Part shown: positions 8,830 to 18,143 of the stretch, piece after piece
How positions within the stretch are numbered: the first letter of the stretch is position 1
Layout: each line of letters begins with the position of its first letter
Assembly: GCA_963805975.1 (NCBI GenBank)
Contig: CAWDVR010000003.1
Span: forward strand, 480,001-544,000
DNA from: an uncultured Acidobacteriota bacterium
GTDB taxonomy: Bacteria > Acidobacteriota > Thermoanaerobaculia > Multivoradales > SZUA-115
DNA: 64,000 nt
Direction of reading: 5' to 3'
Translations under genes and position numbers: made by a program
The notes under the pieces: generated by a model
The model's input: the letters and a program-made list of their open reading frames with translations, nothing else
Told to the model about the DNA's origin: nothing
The model's database searches: none

Positions 8830-10089
8830 ATGTTGACAACACCTTGGATCGTGACGTTGAGTCTCGGGCTCTTCTCCGGACCCGGTTTGGGAATCGATCC
8901 CCTGCAGGCGGCGGTGCCTTCCCTCGCCCGGATCGACGCCGAGCGCTCCGGCTACGCGCTGGCGGCGCAGGGCTCCACCCGCGAGCAGACGGCCTACGAC
9001 GTCGGCCGTGCCGCGATCGACGCCGGCCGCTTCTCCGAGGCCGTCGAGACCTTTCGCAAGCTCGCCGCCGAGGGCGGGCCGGAGGTGGACCGCGCTCTCT
9101 TCTGGCAGGCCTACAGCGAGGCCAAGGCGACCCGCACCACCGCGGCGCTCGCCACCCTGAAGCGGCTCAAGGCCGAGCACCCGGAGAGCCCCTGGCTCGA
9201 CGATGCGCGGGCCCTGGAGGTCGAGGTGCGGGGCGCCGGGGCGGGCCCGGCGGTGGCGGGCGACGACGAGGAGCTGAAGCTCTACGTGCTCGACGGCCTG
9301 CTCTCCTCGGACTCCGAGCGCGCCGTGCCCCTGCTGCTCAAGTTCCTGGCCGGCAACCACTCCGACGCGCTCAAGGCGAAGGCGCTCTTCGTGCTCTCGC
9401 AGAGCGAATCACCCGAGGCTTTCCAGGCGCTGCTCAAGATCGCGCGCGGTGCCGAGCAGCCGCGGCTCCAGCTCGAGGCCGTCCGCGTGCTGGGGGTCTC
9501 GGGCGAGGACGCGGCGGTCAAGGCCTTGGAGGAGCTGTACCGCACCTCGTCCAGCCGTGAGATCAAGGCGGAGGTGATCCAGGGCTTCCTGGTCGCGGAC
9601 GCCACGGCGCCGCTCGTGCGCCTGGCGAAGGAGGAGAAGGACCCGCAGCTCAGGGCCGAGGCCATCCGCACCCTGGGAGCGACCGACGGCGGCGCCGAGC
9701 TCGCGGGGCTGTACGCGGCGGAGACCTCGCGTGAGATCAAGGCCGAGATCCTGCGCGCCATGGGCGTGGCAGGTGAGGAGAAGGCGCTCGCACGCCTGGC
9801 CAGGGAGGAGAAGGACCCCGAGCTCAAGGCCGAGGCCATCCGCGGCCTGGGCATCACCGACGACGAGGAGGCCGGAACGGCGCTCGCCGAGATCTATCGC
9901 CAGACGAGCGACCGGAAGGTGAAGTCGGAGGTGCTCAACTCCCTGTTCGTCCAGGACAACGCCAAGGCCCTCCTCGCCATCTTCAAGAGCGAGACCGACC
10001 GCGAGCTCAAGCGCGAGGCCCTGCGCTTCCTGTCGATGATCGACGACGAGGCCTCCTCCGAGCTGCTCGATTCGATCCTCAATGACTGA
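8830..10089 (+). CDS. Exported TPR + HEAT-repeat protein
   Basis: N-terminal hydrophobic segment; TPR-like ALFWQAYS...HPESPWLDDARAL; repeated E.DP.L.AEAIR.LG HEAT units. Alternative start 8779. Confidence 0.8.
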   Translation: MLTTPWIVTLSLGLFSGPGLGIDPLQAAVPSLARIDAERSGYALAAQGSTREQTAYDVGRAAIDAGRFSEAVETFRKLAAEGGPEVDRALFWQAYSEAKATRTTAALATLKRLKAEHPESPWLDDARALEVEVRGAGAGPAVAGDDEELKLYVLDGLLSSDSERAVPLLLKFLAGNHSDALKAKALFVLSQSESPEAFQALLKIARGAEQPRLQLEAVRVLGVSGEDAAVKALEELYRTSSSREIKAEVIQGFLVADATAPLVRLAKEEKDPQLRAEAIRTLGATDGGAELAGLYAAETSREIKAEILRAMGVAGEEKALARLAREEKDPELKAEAIRGLGITDDEEAGTALAEIYRQTSDRKVKSEVLNSLFVQDNAKALLAIFKSETDRELKREALRFLSMIDDEASSELLDSILND

Positions 10090-10114
10090 CCTTCACGGGC
10101 GAGGGAGACCAGCC

Positions 10115-11047
10115 ATGACGAGAAGAGTCCTGATCTCGACCGCCGCCTGCGCGCTCGCCGCCGCCGGGCTGATGGCGGCGGCGTCGAGCAGCAAAGGGTT
10201 CGGCGACGGCGAGCGGCCGGGGACGAGAATGCCCGTCGAGCTGGCCGCCGCGGATACGGCGCCGGTGAGTGGGGCGCCGGCGAGCGGGGCGCCCGCGGTC
10301 CCGGTGGGCTCAGGCGGCCTCGCCGCCGCGGTGCGCAAGGCCGGGCAGGGCGGAGCGGAGTGGATCGCCTACCAGGTGCCCATGGTGGCCGGCCAGAGCT
10401 TCACCTGTTGCTGGGACCGCTCCTGGAAGCAGAGCGCCTGTTTCCTCGAAAAGAGCAACCAGAGCTGGGGAGGGCGCGGCGACGACAAACCCGAACGGCA
10501 GGATCTCGCCGTGCTCCTGCGCGTCGAGAACGGGCGGGTGGGGAAGCTCCGCGGCGTGTCCGCCGGTTGTCCGATCGACCCCGGCGGCAAGCGGCTGACC
10601 TGGCTCTCCGGCGTCGGCGAGGAGGAGAGCCTGGCGCTCCTGGGCGGCCTGCTGGCCGGCAAGGAAGACGTGCGCTCGCAGGGTGACGAGGCTTTCGCCG
10701 TCATCGCCTTCCACGCCGCGCCGCGGGCCGACGCGCTGCTCGACGAGCTCGCGCGGACCGGCGCTCCCAAGCGGCGCAGCGAGGCCCTGTTCTGGATCGC
10801 GCAGCGGGGCGCGCCCGGTGCGGCGGAGACCATCCTCGCCGCCATCGACCGCGAGACCTCCTCCGAGGTGCGCGAGCAGGGCGTGTTCGCGCTCTCCCAG
10901 CTCCCCGACGACGCCGGCACCCGGGGCCTCCTCGGCCTGCTCCAGGGAAACCGCTCGGCCGACGTCCGCCGCCAGGCCCTCTTCTGGCTCGCCCAGTCCG
11001 ACGACCCCAGGGCCTTCGACGCGCTGGAGGAGATCCTGGAGCGGTGA
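10115..11047 (+). CDS. Exported HEAT-repeat protein
   Basis: Signal peptide; EALFWIAQ, VREQGVFALSQL, VRRQALFWLAQSDDPRA. Alternative start 10082. Confidence 0.8.
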   Translation: MTRRVLISTAACALAAAGLMAAASSSKGFGDGERPGTRMPVELAAADTAPVSGAPASGAPAVPVGSGGLAAAVRKAGQGGAEWIAYQVPMVAGQSFTCCWDRSWKQSACFLEKSNQSWGGRGDDKPERQDLAVLLRVENGRVGKLRGVSAGCPIDPGGKRLTWLSGVGEEESLALLGGLLAGKEDVRSQGDEAFAVIAFHAAPRADALLDELARTGAPKRRSEALFWIAQRGAPGAAETILAAIDRETSSEVREQGVFALSQLPDDAGTRGLLGLLQGNRSADVRRQALFWLAQSDDPRAFDALEEILER

Positions 11048-11059
11048 GTACGGCCGGCC

Positions 11060-12517
11060 TCACGCCTGGAGCGCGGCGAGCAGCTCGTCGAGCGGCACGC
11101 TCGCGATGGCGGAGGCCTTGTCGCTCATGGCGTAGGGCAGGATCAGCTCGCGGCCGTGGATCAGGGAGCCGCAGCTATAGACGACGTTGGGCACGTAGCC
11201 CTCGCGTTCGTTGCCCGCGGGCGAGAGCAGGGGCTCGCGGAGGCGGCCGATCACTCGGGTGGGGTCCTGCAAGTCGAGCAGCGCGGCGCCGATGCAGTAC
11301 TTGCGCATCGGGCCGACGCCATGGGTGATGACCAGCCAGCCGGCCTCGGTCTCGATCGGCGAGCCGCAGTTGCCGACCTTCACCGACTCCCACAGCTCCG
11401 CGGGGCGCATGAGCACCTGCGGGTCGCTCCAGTAGTGGGGGTTGTCCGAGAACATGATGAAGAGGTTCTCGTCGTCCTGCCGCGAGAGCATGGCGTAGCG
11501 GCCGTCGATGCGGCGCGGGAAGAGCGCCATGCCCTTGTTCTGCACGGCGCTGCCGTTCAGGGTGAGCACGCGGAAGCTGAGAAAGTCCTGCGTCTCGATG
11601 AGCTGGGGGAGGATGGCGCGTCCGTTGTAGGCGGTGTAGGTGGCGTAGTAGAGGACGGATCCGTCGTCCTCGGTGAGACGGACGAAGCGCGCGTCCTCGA
11701 TGCCGTTGCTCTCGTTCGGCGAGACGGGAAAGATGATGCGCTCGCTCATGGCGATGGTCGGTGAGAAGAGCAGCTCGTAGTTGGATTCGGCGAGCCACTG
11801 GATGCACTCGAGGGTGCGGTCGAGGTCGCGGGTGACGGGCAGCGCCTCGCGCCGGACGCGGGCCACGCTCTTGTCCAGATCGCTGAGGGTGAAGCTATCC
11901 GACAGCGCCGTCATCACCGCGGCGGCGTGGTCGTTCTCGAAATCCATCTCGTGCAGCTTGATGGCGAAGCGTTTCTTTCTGTAGGAGGGGTTGGGGACGA
12001 TCTGCGGCAGGGTGACGAAGCGGGAGACCGGGTCCAGCTCGATGCCGCCGTCCGGTGCGATGAGACCGGTGCGGAACTCGATCGAAGAGATGTGCCCTTC
12101 GCCGGTGGCGCGCAGGCTCAAGATGAAGCGCAAGCCGCCCTCGGGCACGCCGCTCTGGTCGGGATGGGGCACGATCGAGGGGTTGAACAGCGCGGCGGAC
12201 TCCAGCGCGTACTCCATGGAAAAAAGCGCGCCGACGAGGAGTTGCCGCACGCGCGAGAGCGGACGCTGCGTGAAGATGTGGGGCCGCACCGTCTCGTAAT
12301 TCGCGAGCAGGCGCGGCTCGACGTCGAGGTGCCGGGAATCGAACTCCAGAAGCACGGCTTCGAGGTCGCGAGTGGCTTCCTCCTCACTCACGGCGAGCGC
12401 GCGGCCGATGATGGTGGTGATGCGCTTGGCGTCCGCGGGAATGAAGGGGCGCAGGAGGACCCGCGCGCTCTCGGGCACGAGCCTGACGTCGTGGCGGTGG
12501 AGCTGGATGGGCTTCAT
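11060..12517 (-). CDS. Glycoside hydrolase family 130-like glycosidase/phosphorylase
   Basis: ALFNPSIVPHPDQ, ESNGIEDARFV, YATYTAYNG, NKGMALFPR, REGYVPNVVYSCG. Confidence 0.9.
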   Translation of the reverse strand: MKPIQLHRHDVRLVPESARVLLRPFIPADAKRITTIIGRALAVSEEEATRDLEAVLLEFDSRHLDVEPRLLANYETVRPHIFTQRPLSRVRQLLVGALFSMEYALESAALFNPSIVPHPDQSGVPEGGLRFILSLRATGEGHISSIEFRTGLIAPDGGIELDPVSRFVTLPQIVPNPSYRKKRFAIKLHEMDFENDHAAAVMTALSDSFTLSDLDKSVARVRREALPVTRDLDRTLECIQWLAESNYELLFSPTIAMSERIIFPVSPNESNGIEDARFVRLTEDDGSVLYYATYTAYNGRAILPQLIETQDFLSFRVLTLNGSAVQNKGMALFPRRIDGRYAMLSRQDDENLFIMFSDNPHYWSDPQVLMRPAELWESVKVGNCGSPIETEAGWLVITHGVGPMRKYCIGAALLDLQDPTRVIGRLREPLLSPAGNEREGYVPNVVYSCGSLIHGRELILPYAMSDKASAIASVPLDELLAALQA

Positions 12518-14799
12518 TCGGCGGGCCGCGGTGAGCCGGAGAGCAAGTGTTCGGCGCAGCTCATCTCGGCCAGGGAAAGCTGGAAGGCCAGCGACGACTC
12601 GGCACCCTGGTTCTCGTTGATGCGATCCTGGTGCAGCCCGTCGGCGCAGCCCCCGGTGCTGGAGTCGTAGAGCGGCAGGCCGAGATCATTGCGCCCCAGG
12701 AACCACTCGAAGGCGCGTTTCGCCTCGCGGGACCACACCGCATCCTGGGTGGCGCGGAAAGCATCGAGACAGGCGGAGACCATGGCCTGCGCTTCCACCG
12801 GCTGTTGGTCGAAGTCGGCGCGTGCGCCGTCCCGCTTGTAAAAACCGTTGCTGCCGATGGGACGGAAGTGGCCGGCCTGCGTCTTTTGCAGCGAAGCCAG
12901 CCAGCGGAGGGACTCGAGACCGATCTCCAGCGCCTCGGCGTTCGGCGTCGAGAGGCCGCTCAGGATGAGAGCCTGGCAGAGGCGCGCGTTGTCGTAGGTG
13001 GCGATCGGCTCGAACCACGGCCAGTCCTCGGTGGCGCAACCCTTCCACAGGTTGACGAGCTTTCCGGTCAGCAGGTCGCGCGCGGCGCTCGCCTCGATAT
13101 GGCCGGCGAAGCGTTGCAGGTACTCGTGGATGCCCAGCAGCGTGAAGGCCCAGGCGCGCGGCGAGGAGAACGACTCGACGCCGGCCAGGCCGCGCTCGAA
13201 GAGCTGGGCGGCCAATCTCCGGTGGCCCTTCTTGCGGGAGCGCCCGGCCCCGAGCCCCAGGGCCCAGAGCGCCCGCGCGTGACTGTCCTCGCTGCCCGCA
13301 TCTTCCAGCCACTGGCGTCCGTGGCTCATGAAATTGCGGAAGCGGCCGGTGTCGTGATTCAGGGCCGCGGCCAGAAACGCCAGATAGCTGGTGGTCAGCT
13401 TGTCGAGGTTCTCCGCCGGCGGCTGGTCACCGAGCTCGTCCAGGAGGTTGCAGAGGATGAAGGCGCGTGCGTTGTCGTCGGTGCAGTAGCCCTCGTGGAA
13501 GTTCGGCACGTCGAAGATCGCGTGCTGCAGGATGCCGGTCCCGTCGCTCATGCGCAGGAAATGGTCGAGCCGCAGCGGCGGCAGGTCGTAGGGCCGGCTG
13601 GCAAGCGTCCAACCGGCAAACGCCGCGCGCGGCGTCGCTCTGCGGTCGGCGCGGGCCCGTTGAAAGGACTCGAGGTAGCGTAGCCCGACCGCGGGCCAGA
13701 TCATCTCCCGCCCGAGCTGGTAGGCGGCTTCGCGCGTCTGCCGGAGAAGGGCCGGATCGTCGAGGAACCGGCACACGCCCTCGACGATGGCCCGTGGGTC
13801 GCGGAAGGGCACCAGGATGCCACGGCCGTCGGCGAGCAGCTCCCGCGCGTGCCAGTAGGGTGTGGAGACCACCGCCTTTCCGGCGCCGAAGACGTAGGCG
13901 AGCGTCCCCGAGGTGATCTGCTCCTCGTTGAGGTACGGGGTGAGGTAGATGTCCGTCGCACCGATGAACTCTTTGAGGTCGTCGAGCGACACGAAGCGGT
14001 TGTAGAAGATGACGTGCTCTTTGACCCCGCGGTCCTCGGCCAGCCGCTCCAGGCTCAGGCGGTAGCTCTCGCCTTCGCGGGCGAGGAGATGGGGATGGGT
14101 GGCCCCCAGCACGAGATAGACCACGTTCGGATGCAGCCGGACGATCTCCGGCAGCGCCTCGATGGCGTGCTCGATGCCTTTGCCCGGCCCGAGCAGGCCG
14201 AAGGTGAGCAGCACGATGCGGCCCTCCACACCGAACTGCGCCTTGTAGACGCTCGAGTCGAGGAAGGGGATGTCCGGGATGCCGTGCTGGATGAGGTCCA
14301 CCTTGGCGTCCGGCACGCCGTACGTGTCGCGCAGGATCTCCGCACCCTTGCGCGCCATCACCACCACCCGGTCGCTGCGCCGCATCAGCTCGTCCATCAC
14401 CTTGCGCTGCGCGGTGCTCGGCTCGCGCAGCACCGTGTGCAGTGTCGTCACCACCGGCATGCGCACTTCTTTGAGCAGGGCGAGGAGATGGCTCCCCGCC
14501 GGCCCGCCGTAGATGCCGAACTCGTGCTGCACGCAAAGCACGTCGGCGTTGTTGAAGTTCAGGAAGTCCGCGGCACGCCGGTAGGAATCCAGATCTTTTT
14601 CCAGCAGCTCGAAGCGCACGCGCGGCGGGTAGTGGTAGCCCTCCACGCGGTCGTTCACCGCTCCCACGTAACAGTGCGCAGCGGGAGCTTCCGCCGCCAC
14701 CGCCTCGCAGAGATCGTGCGTGAACGTGGCGATGCCGCACAGCCGGGGCAGGTAGTCGCCCAGGAAGGCGATCCGCTGCGGCAGGGTGGATTCCATCAA
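12514..14799 (-). CDS. GT4 glycosyltransferase with a C-terminal glycosidase-like helical domain
   Basis: YLPRLCGIATFT, QHEFGIYGG, FGLLGPGKGIE, SGTLAY, GYCTDDNARA, FDQQPVEA, NQGAES. Confidence 0.9.
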   Translation of the reverse strand: MMESTLPQRIAFLGDYLPRLCGIATFTHDLCEAVAAEAPAAHCYVGAVNDRVEGYHYPPRVRFELLEKDLDSYRRAADFLNFNNADVLCVQHEFGIYGGPAGSHLLALLKEVRMPVVTTLHTVLREPSTAQRKVMDELMRRSDRVVVMARKGAEILRDTYGVPDAKVDLIQHGIPDIPFLDSSVYKAQFGVEGRIVLLTFGLLGPGKGIEHAIEALPEIVRLHPNVVYLVLGATHPHLLAREGESYRLSLERLAEDRGVKEHVIFYNRFVSLDDLKEFIGATDIYLTPYLNEEQITSGTLAYVFGAGKAVVSTPYWHARELLADGRGILVPFRDPRAIVEGVCRFLDDPALLRQTREAAYQLGREMIWPAVGLRYLESFQRARADRRATPRAAFAGWTLASRPYDLPPLRLDHFLRMSDGTGILQHAIFDVPNFHEGYCTDDNARAFILCNLLDELGDQPPAENLDKLTTSYLAFLAAALNHDTGRFRNFMSHGRQWLEDAGSEDSHARALWALGLGAGRSRKKGHRRLAAQLFERGLAGVESFSSPRAWAFTLLGIHEYLQRFAGHIEASAARDLLTGKLVNLWKGCATEDWPWFEPIATYDNARLCQALILSGLSTPNAEALEIGLESLRWLASLQKTQAGHFRPIGSNGFYKRDGARADFDQQPVEAQAMVSACLDAFRATQDAVWSREAKRAFEWFLGRNDLGLPLYDSSTGGCADGLHQDRINENQGAESSLAFQLSLAEMSCAEHLLSGSPRPAE

Positions 14800-14918
14800 G
14801 GGGGTCCTCGCACGGTTCGGGGCTGGTCGGCGCCGTCCGGTAGGCGCGCCGAGGGGCGAGGCCCGAGACTAGCACCACCTCTCTCTGCTCCCTGTGAGTA
14901 GACTCCTTCCGAGATCCC

Positions 14919-15872
14919 ATGCTGGCCCTCCACCTCGGCCCCGACGGCCCCGTCCTGCGCTTCGACTACCCCGCGCCTCGCCGGGCGCCGGGGGAAGCGC
15001 TGGTGCGGGTGGCCCTCGCCGGGATCTGCGCCACGGACCTCGAGCTGATCCGGGGCTACGCCGGCTTCGAGGGCGTGCTGGGCCACGAGCTGGTGGGGGT
15101 GGTCGAGGAGGCGGAGGACCGGCGCTGGCTCGGCAAGCGTGTGGTCGCGAGCATCAACGTGGGCTGCGGGCGCTGCGCGGTCTGCGTGGGCGAGGGGCCT
15201 GAGCACTGCCCGGAGCGGACGGTGGTCGGCATCCGTGGCCGCGACGGCGCCTTCGCCGAGTGGGTGGTGCTGCCCGAGACCAACCTGCTGGAGGTGCCGG
15301 CCACGTTGCCGGACGAGCGGGCGGTGTTCACCGAGCCGCTGGCGGCGGCGCTCGCCGTCCTCGAACGGACGGCCGCGGAGCCCGGTACGCGGGCGGCGGT
15401 GGTGGGCCCCGGCCGGCTCGGCCTGCTCATCGCCCAGGTGCTCTCGCTCTCGGGCGCGGGGGTCACGGTGCTCGGCCGCCGGCCCGAGTCGCTCGCGCTG
15501 CCGGCCCGGCTCGGCCTCGCGACCGGCCAGGTCTCCGAGGCCCCCTCCGACGGCTTTGACCTGGTGGTCGAGGCGACCGGCAACGAGGCGGGGCTCCAGC
15601 AATCCCTGCGCCTGGTCCGGCCGCGCGGCACACTGGTCCTGAAGAGCACCTTCCACGGCGAGGCTGTGGTGGATCTCACCAAGCTGGTGGTGGGCGAGGT
15701 CCGGGTGCTGGGCTCGCGCTGCGGGCCCTTCGCGCCGGCCCTCCAACTGCTCGCCGCGGGCGCGGTGGCAGTGGACCCCCTGGTCGAGGCCGAGTACCCG
15801 CTCGCTCACGCCCTGCGCGCGCTGGAGCACGCGGCGGAGCCCGGCGTGCGCAAGGTCCTGCTCCGTCCCTGA
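14919..15872 (+). CDS. Zn-dependent alcohol dehydrogenase (MDR family)
   Basis: GICATD, GHE, CGRCAVC...C, GPGRLG. Confidence 0.9.
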   Translation: MLALHLGPDGPVLRFDYPAPRRAPGEALVRVALAGICATDLELIRGYAGFEGVLGHELVGVVEEAEDRRWLGKRVVASINVGCGRCAVCVGEGPEHCPERTVVGIRGRDGAFAEWVVLPETNLLEVPATLPDERAVFTEPLAAALAVLERTAAEPGTRAAVVGPGRLGLLIAQVLSLSGAGVTVLGRRPESLALPARLGLATGQVSEAPSDGFDLVVEATGNEAGLQQSLRLVRPRGTLVLKSTFHGEAVVDLTKLVVGEVRVLGSRCGPFAPALQLLAAGAVAVDPLVEAEYPLAHALRALEHAAEPGVRKVLLRP

Positions 15873-15977
15873 AGTCAGGCGCCGGGCTGATCTGTCCTCC
15901 CCAGCACCCACCACCTGTAAGATCCTTCGCACAGGCTGGCTCGACAGGATCGGCTTCGGCCTTTCGGCGAGATGTCG

Positions 15978-15990
15978 TAAGCCTCTGAAA
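15978..15990 (-). promoter_or_regulatory. IHF-like binding site upstream of the sigma54 promoter
   Basis: Minus strand TTTCAGAGGCTTA, one mismatch to WATCARNNNNTTR. Confidence 0.45.
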
Positions 15991-16029
15991 ACAGACATCT
16001 TGGAGATCTGAGGCGGGGCGATGTGGAAG

Positions 16030-16045
16030 TGGCGCCACGCTTGCT
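16030..16045 (+). promoter_or_regulatory. Sigma54 (-24/-12) promoter
   Basis: TGGCGCCACGCTTGCT with exact GG-N10-GC spacing, upstream of an operon encoding a sigma54 activator. Confidence 0.7.
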
Positions 16046-16107
16046 ATCTCGGCCCTCGCACGCAGTGCGAGCCGCTTCCGGGAGCCGGGAGCAGAAGGGG
16101 CAGGCCG

Positions 16108-17463
16108 ATGAGGAGAGCCGCGATCGGGAACCACTTGCGAGGAGGGCGCGCCTGGGCGCTGGCGATCGCCTGCGCCTGGGCTTTCGCCGCGGCGCCTCCG
16201 GCCTCCGGCCAGGAGGTACCAGGAGGCGATCCGCCCGATGCGCCGGCGGCCTTCCTCCTCGAGACGATCACGGTCGAGGGCACCCGCCATGCCTCACCGG
16301 AGCTGATCCTCGCCGAGTCCCTGCTCAGGGCCGGGCAGAGCTACACCGAGACCGCGCTCCGCCAGGGCGTGTACCGGGTCCGGCGCCTGCCCTTCGTGCG
16401 TGCGGCGCGCTTCGCGCTACGCAAGGGGAGCGCGCGCGGCAGCTACGAGCTGGTGATCACGGTGGAAGAGACGCACCGCGTGTTCTTCGGCGCCGAGACC
16501 TCGCTCGCCAAGGGTGCCGAATGGCAGCTCGGGGGTGTGGGCACGGTGGGTGGCCGGGTCTTCGTGGGCGCGCACGGCGTGGCGTTCGCAGCGGTGCGAG
16601 GCGCGCAGGCAAGAGTCGGTTACACCCACTACAACCTGTTCAACCGGCGGGCCTTCGCCAGCCTGGAGATCGGCCGCACGGACGACTGCTGCGGCGGCCT
16701 CACCTACGACCACGTGTTCGGCGGCCCAAACTTCGACAGCGTGCCGACGGACACGGACAGCGCGGAGCTGACGCTCGGCTTCCCGGTGGCCCGCAACCAG
16801 ACGGTGCAGCTCTCGCTCCTCGCCGACCAGACCGACGGTTTCGGCCGCGCCCTCTCCATCTCGGGCCAGGGCGAGGTTCTCGAAGTGCGGTTTCCGGTCG
16901 ACGCGCGGCAGCGCCGCGCGGAGCTGCGGTGGGTGCTCGATACCAGCGACGACCCGGTGGTGCCGAGCCGGGGCACCGTGGTCACGGCGCTGGTGGGCGC
17001 GGCCGAGAGCAAGCGGGACGCACGGTTCTTCCGTCCCGGGTCCCAGCCACCCGCGGAGCAGAGCGTGCGCTTCGAGGACGAGTTCGTGAACGCGTCGATC
17101 TCGGCCCGCCACTTCTGGCCGCTGTCCGTCCGCCAGTCGCTGTCGCTCGCGGCCACCCTCTCGACCACCCGGTCCAGCAACGAGAACGAGATCTGCTGCT
17201 TCCCGGCCGAGAGCCGCTTCTCGGGAGATGTCACCTCCGAGGGCAGCGTGCTCGACCTCGGCTACGCGGCGAGCTTGTGGAGCGAGGAGCAGACCCGGCG
17301 CCGGGGCGACTTCCGTTTCGAGGCCAGGGTCAGCCCAGCCGTGGTGGCCCGCGACGGCTTCGAGGACGCCATTTTCTTCGCCCATCTGGACGCCGGCCTG
17401 ATCTTCCGCAACGCCTGGGGCATCTTCCGCTTCCGGGTCTTCTACCAGCTGGTGGAGGGCTGA
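16108..17463 (+). CDS. Omp85/BamA-like protein (one POTRA domain + beta-barrel)
   Basis: Signal peptide; POTRA-like LETITVEGTR...YTETALRQGVYRV...LVITVEE; YTHYNLFNR; LDTSDDPVVPSRG. Confidence 0.7.
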   Translation: MRRAAIGNHLRGGRAWALAIACAWAFAAAPPASGQEVPGGDPPDAPAAFLLETITVEGTRHASPELILAESLLRAGQSYTETALRQGVYRVRRLPFVRAARFALRKGSARGSYELVITVEETHRVFFGAETSLAKGAEWQLGGVGTVGGRVFVGAHGVAFAAVRGAQARVGYTHYNLFNRRAFASLEIGRTDDCCGGLTYDHVFGGPNFDSVPTDTDSAELTLGFPVARNQTVQLSLLADQTDGFGRALSISGQGEVLEVRFPVDARQRRAELRWVLDTSDDPVVPSRGTVVTALVGAAESKRDARFFRPGSQPPAEQSVRFEDEFVNASISARHFWPLSVRQSLSLAATLSTTRSSNENEICCFPAESRFSGDVTSEGSVLDLGYAASLWSEEQTRRRGDFRFEARVSPAVVARDGFEDAIFFAHLDAGLIFRNAWGIFRFRVFYQLVEG

Positions 17464-17465
17464 CG

Positions 17466-18143
17466 GTGAGACCGGCGAGAGCCTTGCTGCCGTGGGTCCT
17501 GCGGGGGGTCCTGCGGACTGCGGCCCTGTCCTCGATGGCCCTGCCCCTGGCTTCGGGTGCCGCCGAGGAGCCGCCGCAGTTGCGCCTGGCGGAAGGCCGC
17601 CTGCACCTCGTCTCTTTGCCGCAGATCCTCGATCTGACCGAGGTGCGGGAGCCGCTCGCGAGCGGGCTCACCACCAGCTTCGTCTTCGAGGTGACGGCGC
17701 GGGACGGCGCCGGCGGCAAGAGCACCGGCGGCGCCGTGGTCGAGATCCGCTACGAGCTGTGGGACGAGGTCTACCTGGTGATGGCGCTGGGCGCCCGGGG
17801 GGTGCGACAGCGGACCACGCTCGCCTCCCGCGAGCAGCTCCTCGACTGGTGGCGGACGCTCGACCTGACGGTGGCCGACGCCGGCGGGCTGGCGCCCTCC
17901 GCGGCCTGGCAGGCCCGGGTGCGCCTCGCGGTGCTGCCGTTCTCGAGCGCCGAGCAGCGCGACGCGCAGCGCTGGTTCTCGCGCTCGCTCGACAGCACCG
18001 AGCCCGGCGCCGGCGACGCTTCCGTGGGCGAGGCTTCCGACGTGCTGAACCTGCTGATCGCCACCTCGATCGCCCGGGACTCCGCGCTGAGCTTCGACTG
18101 GCGGCTCGCGGTGCCGGCCAGCGCGAGGGGGCCGGGGGGTTGA
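17466..18143 (+). CDS. Exported protein, DUF4390-like
   Basis: GTG start, signal-like N-terminus; LASGLTTSFVF...IRYELWDEVY; immediately precedes a kinase. Confidence 0.6.
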   Translation: MRPARALLPWVLRGVLRTAALSSMALPLASGAAEEPPQLRLAEGRLHLVSLPQILDLTEVREPLASGLTTSFVFEVTARDGAGGKSTGGAVVEIRYELWDEVYLVMALGARGVRQRTTLASREQLLDWWRTLDLTVADAGGLAPSAAWQARVRLAVLPFSSAEQRDAQRWFSRSLDSTEPGAGDASVGEASDVLNLLIATSIARDSALSFDWRLAVPASARGPGG

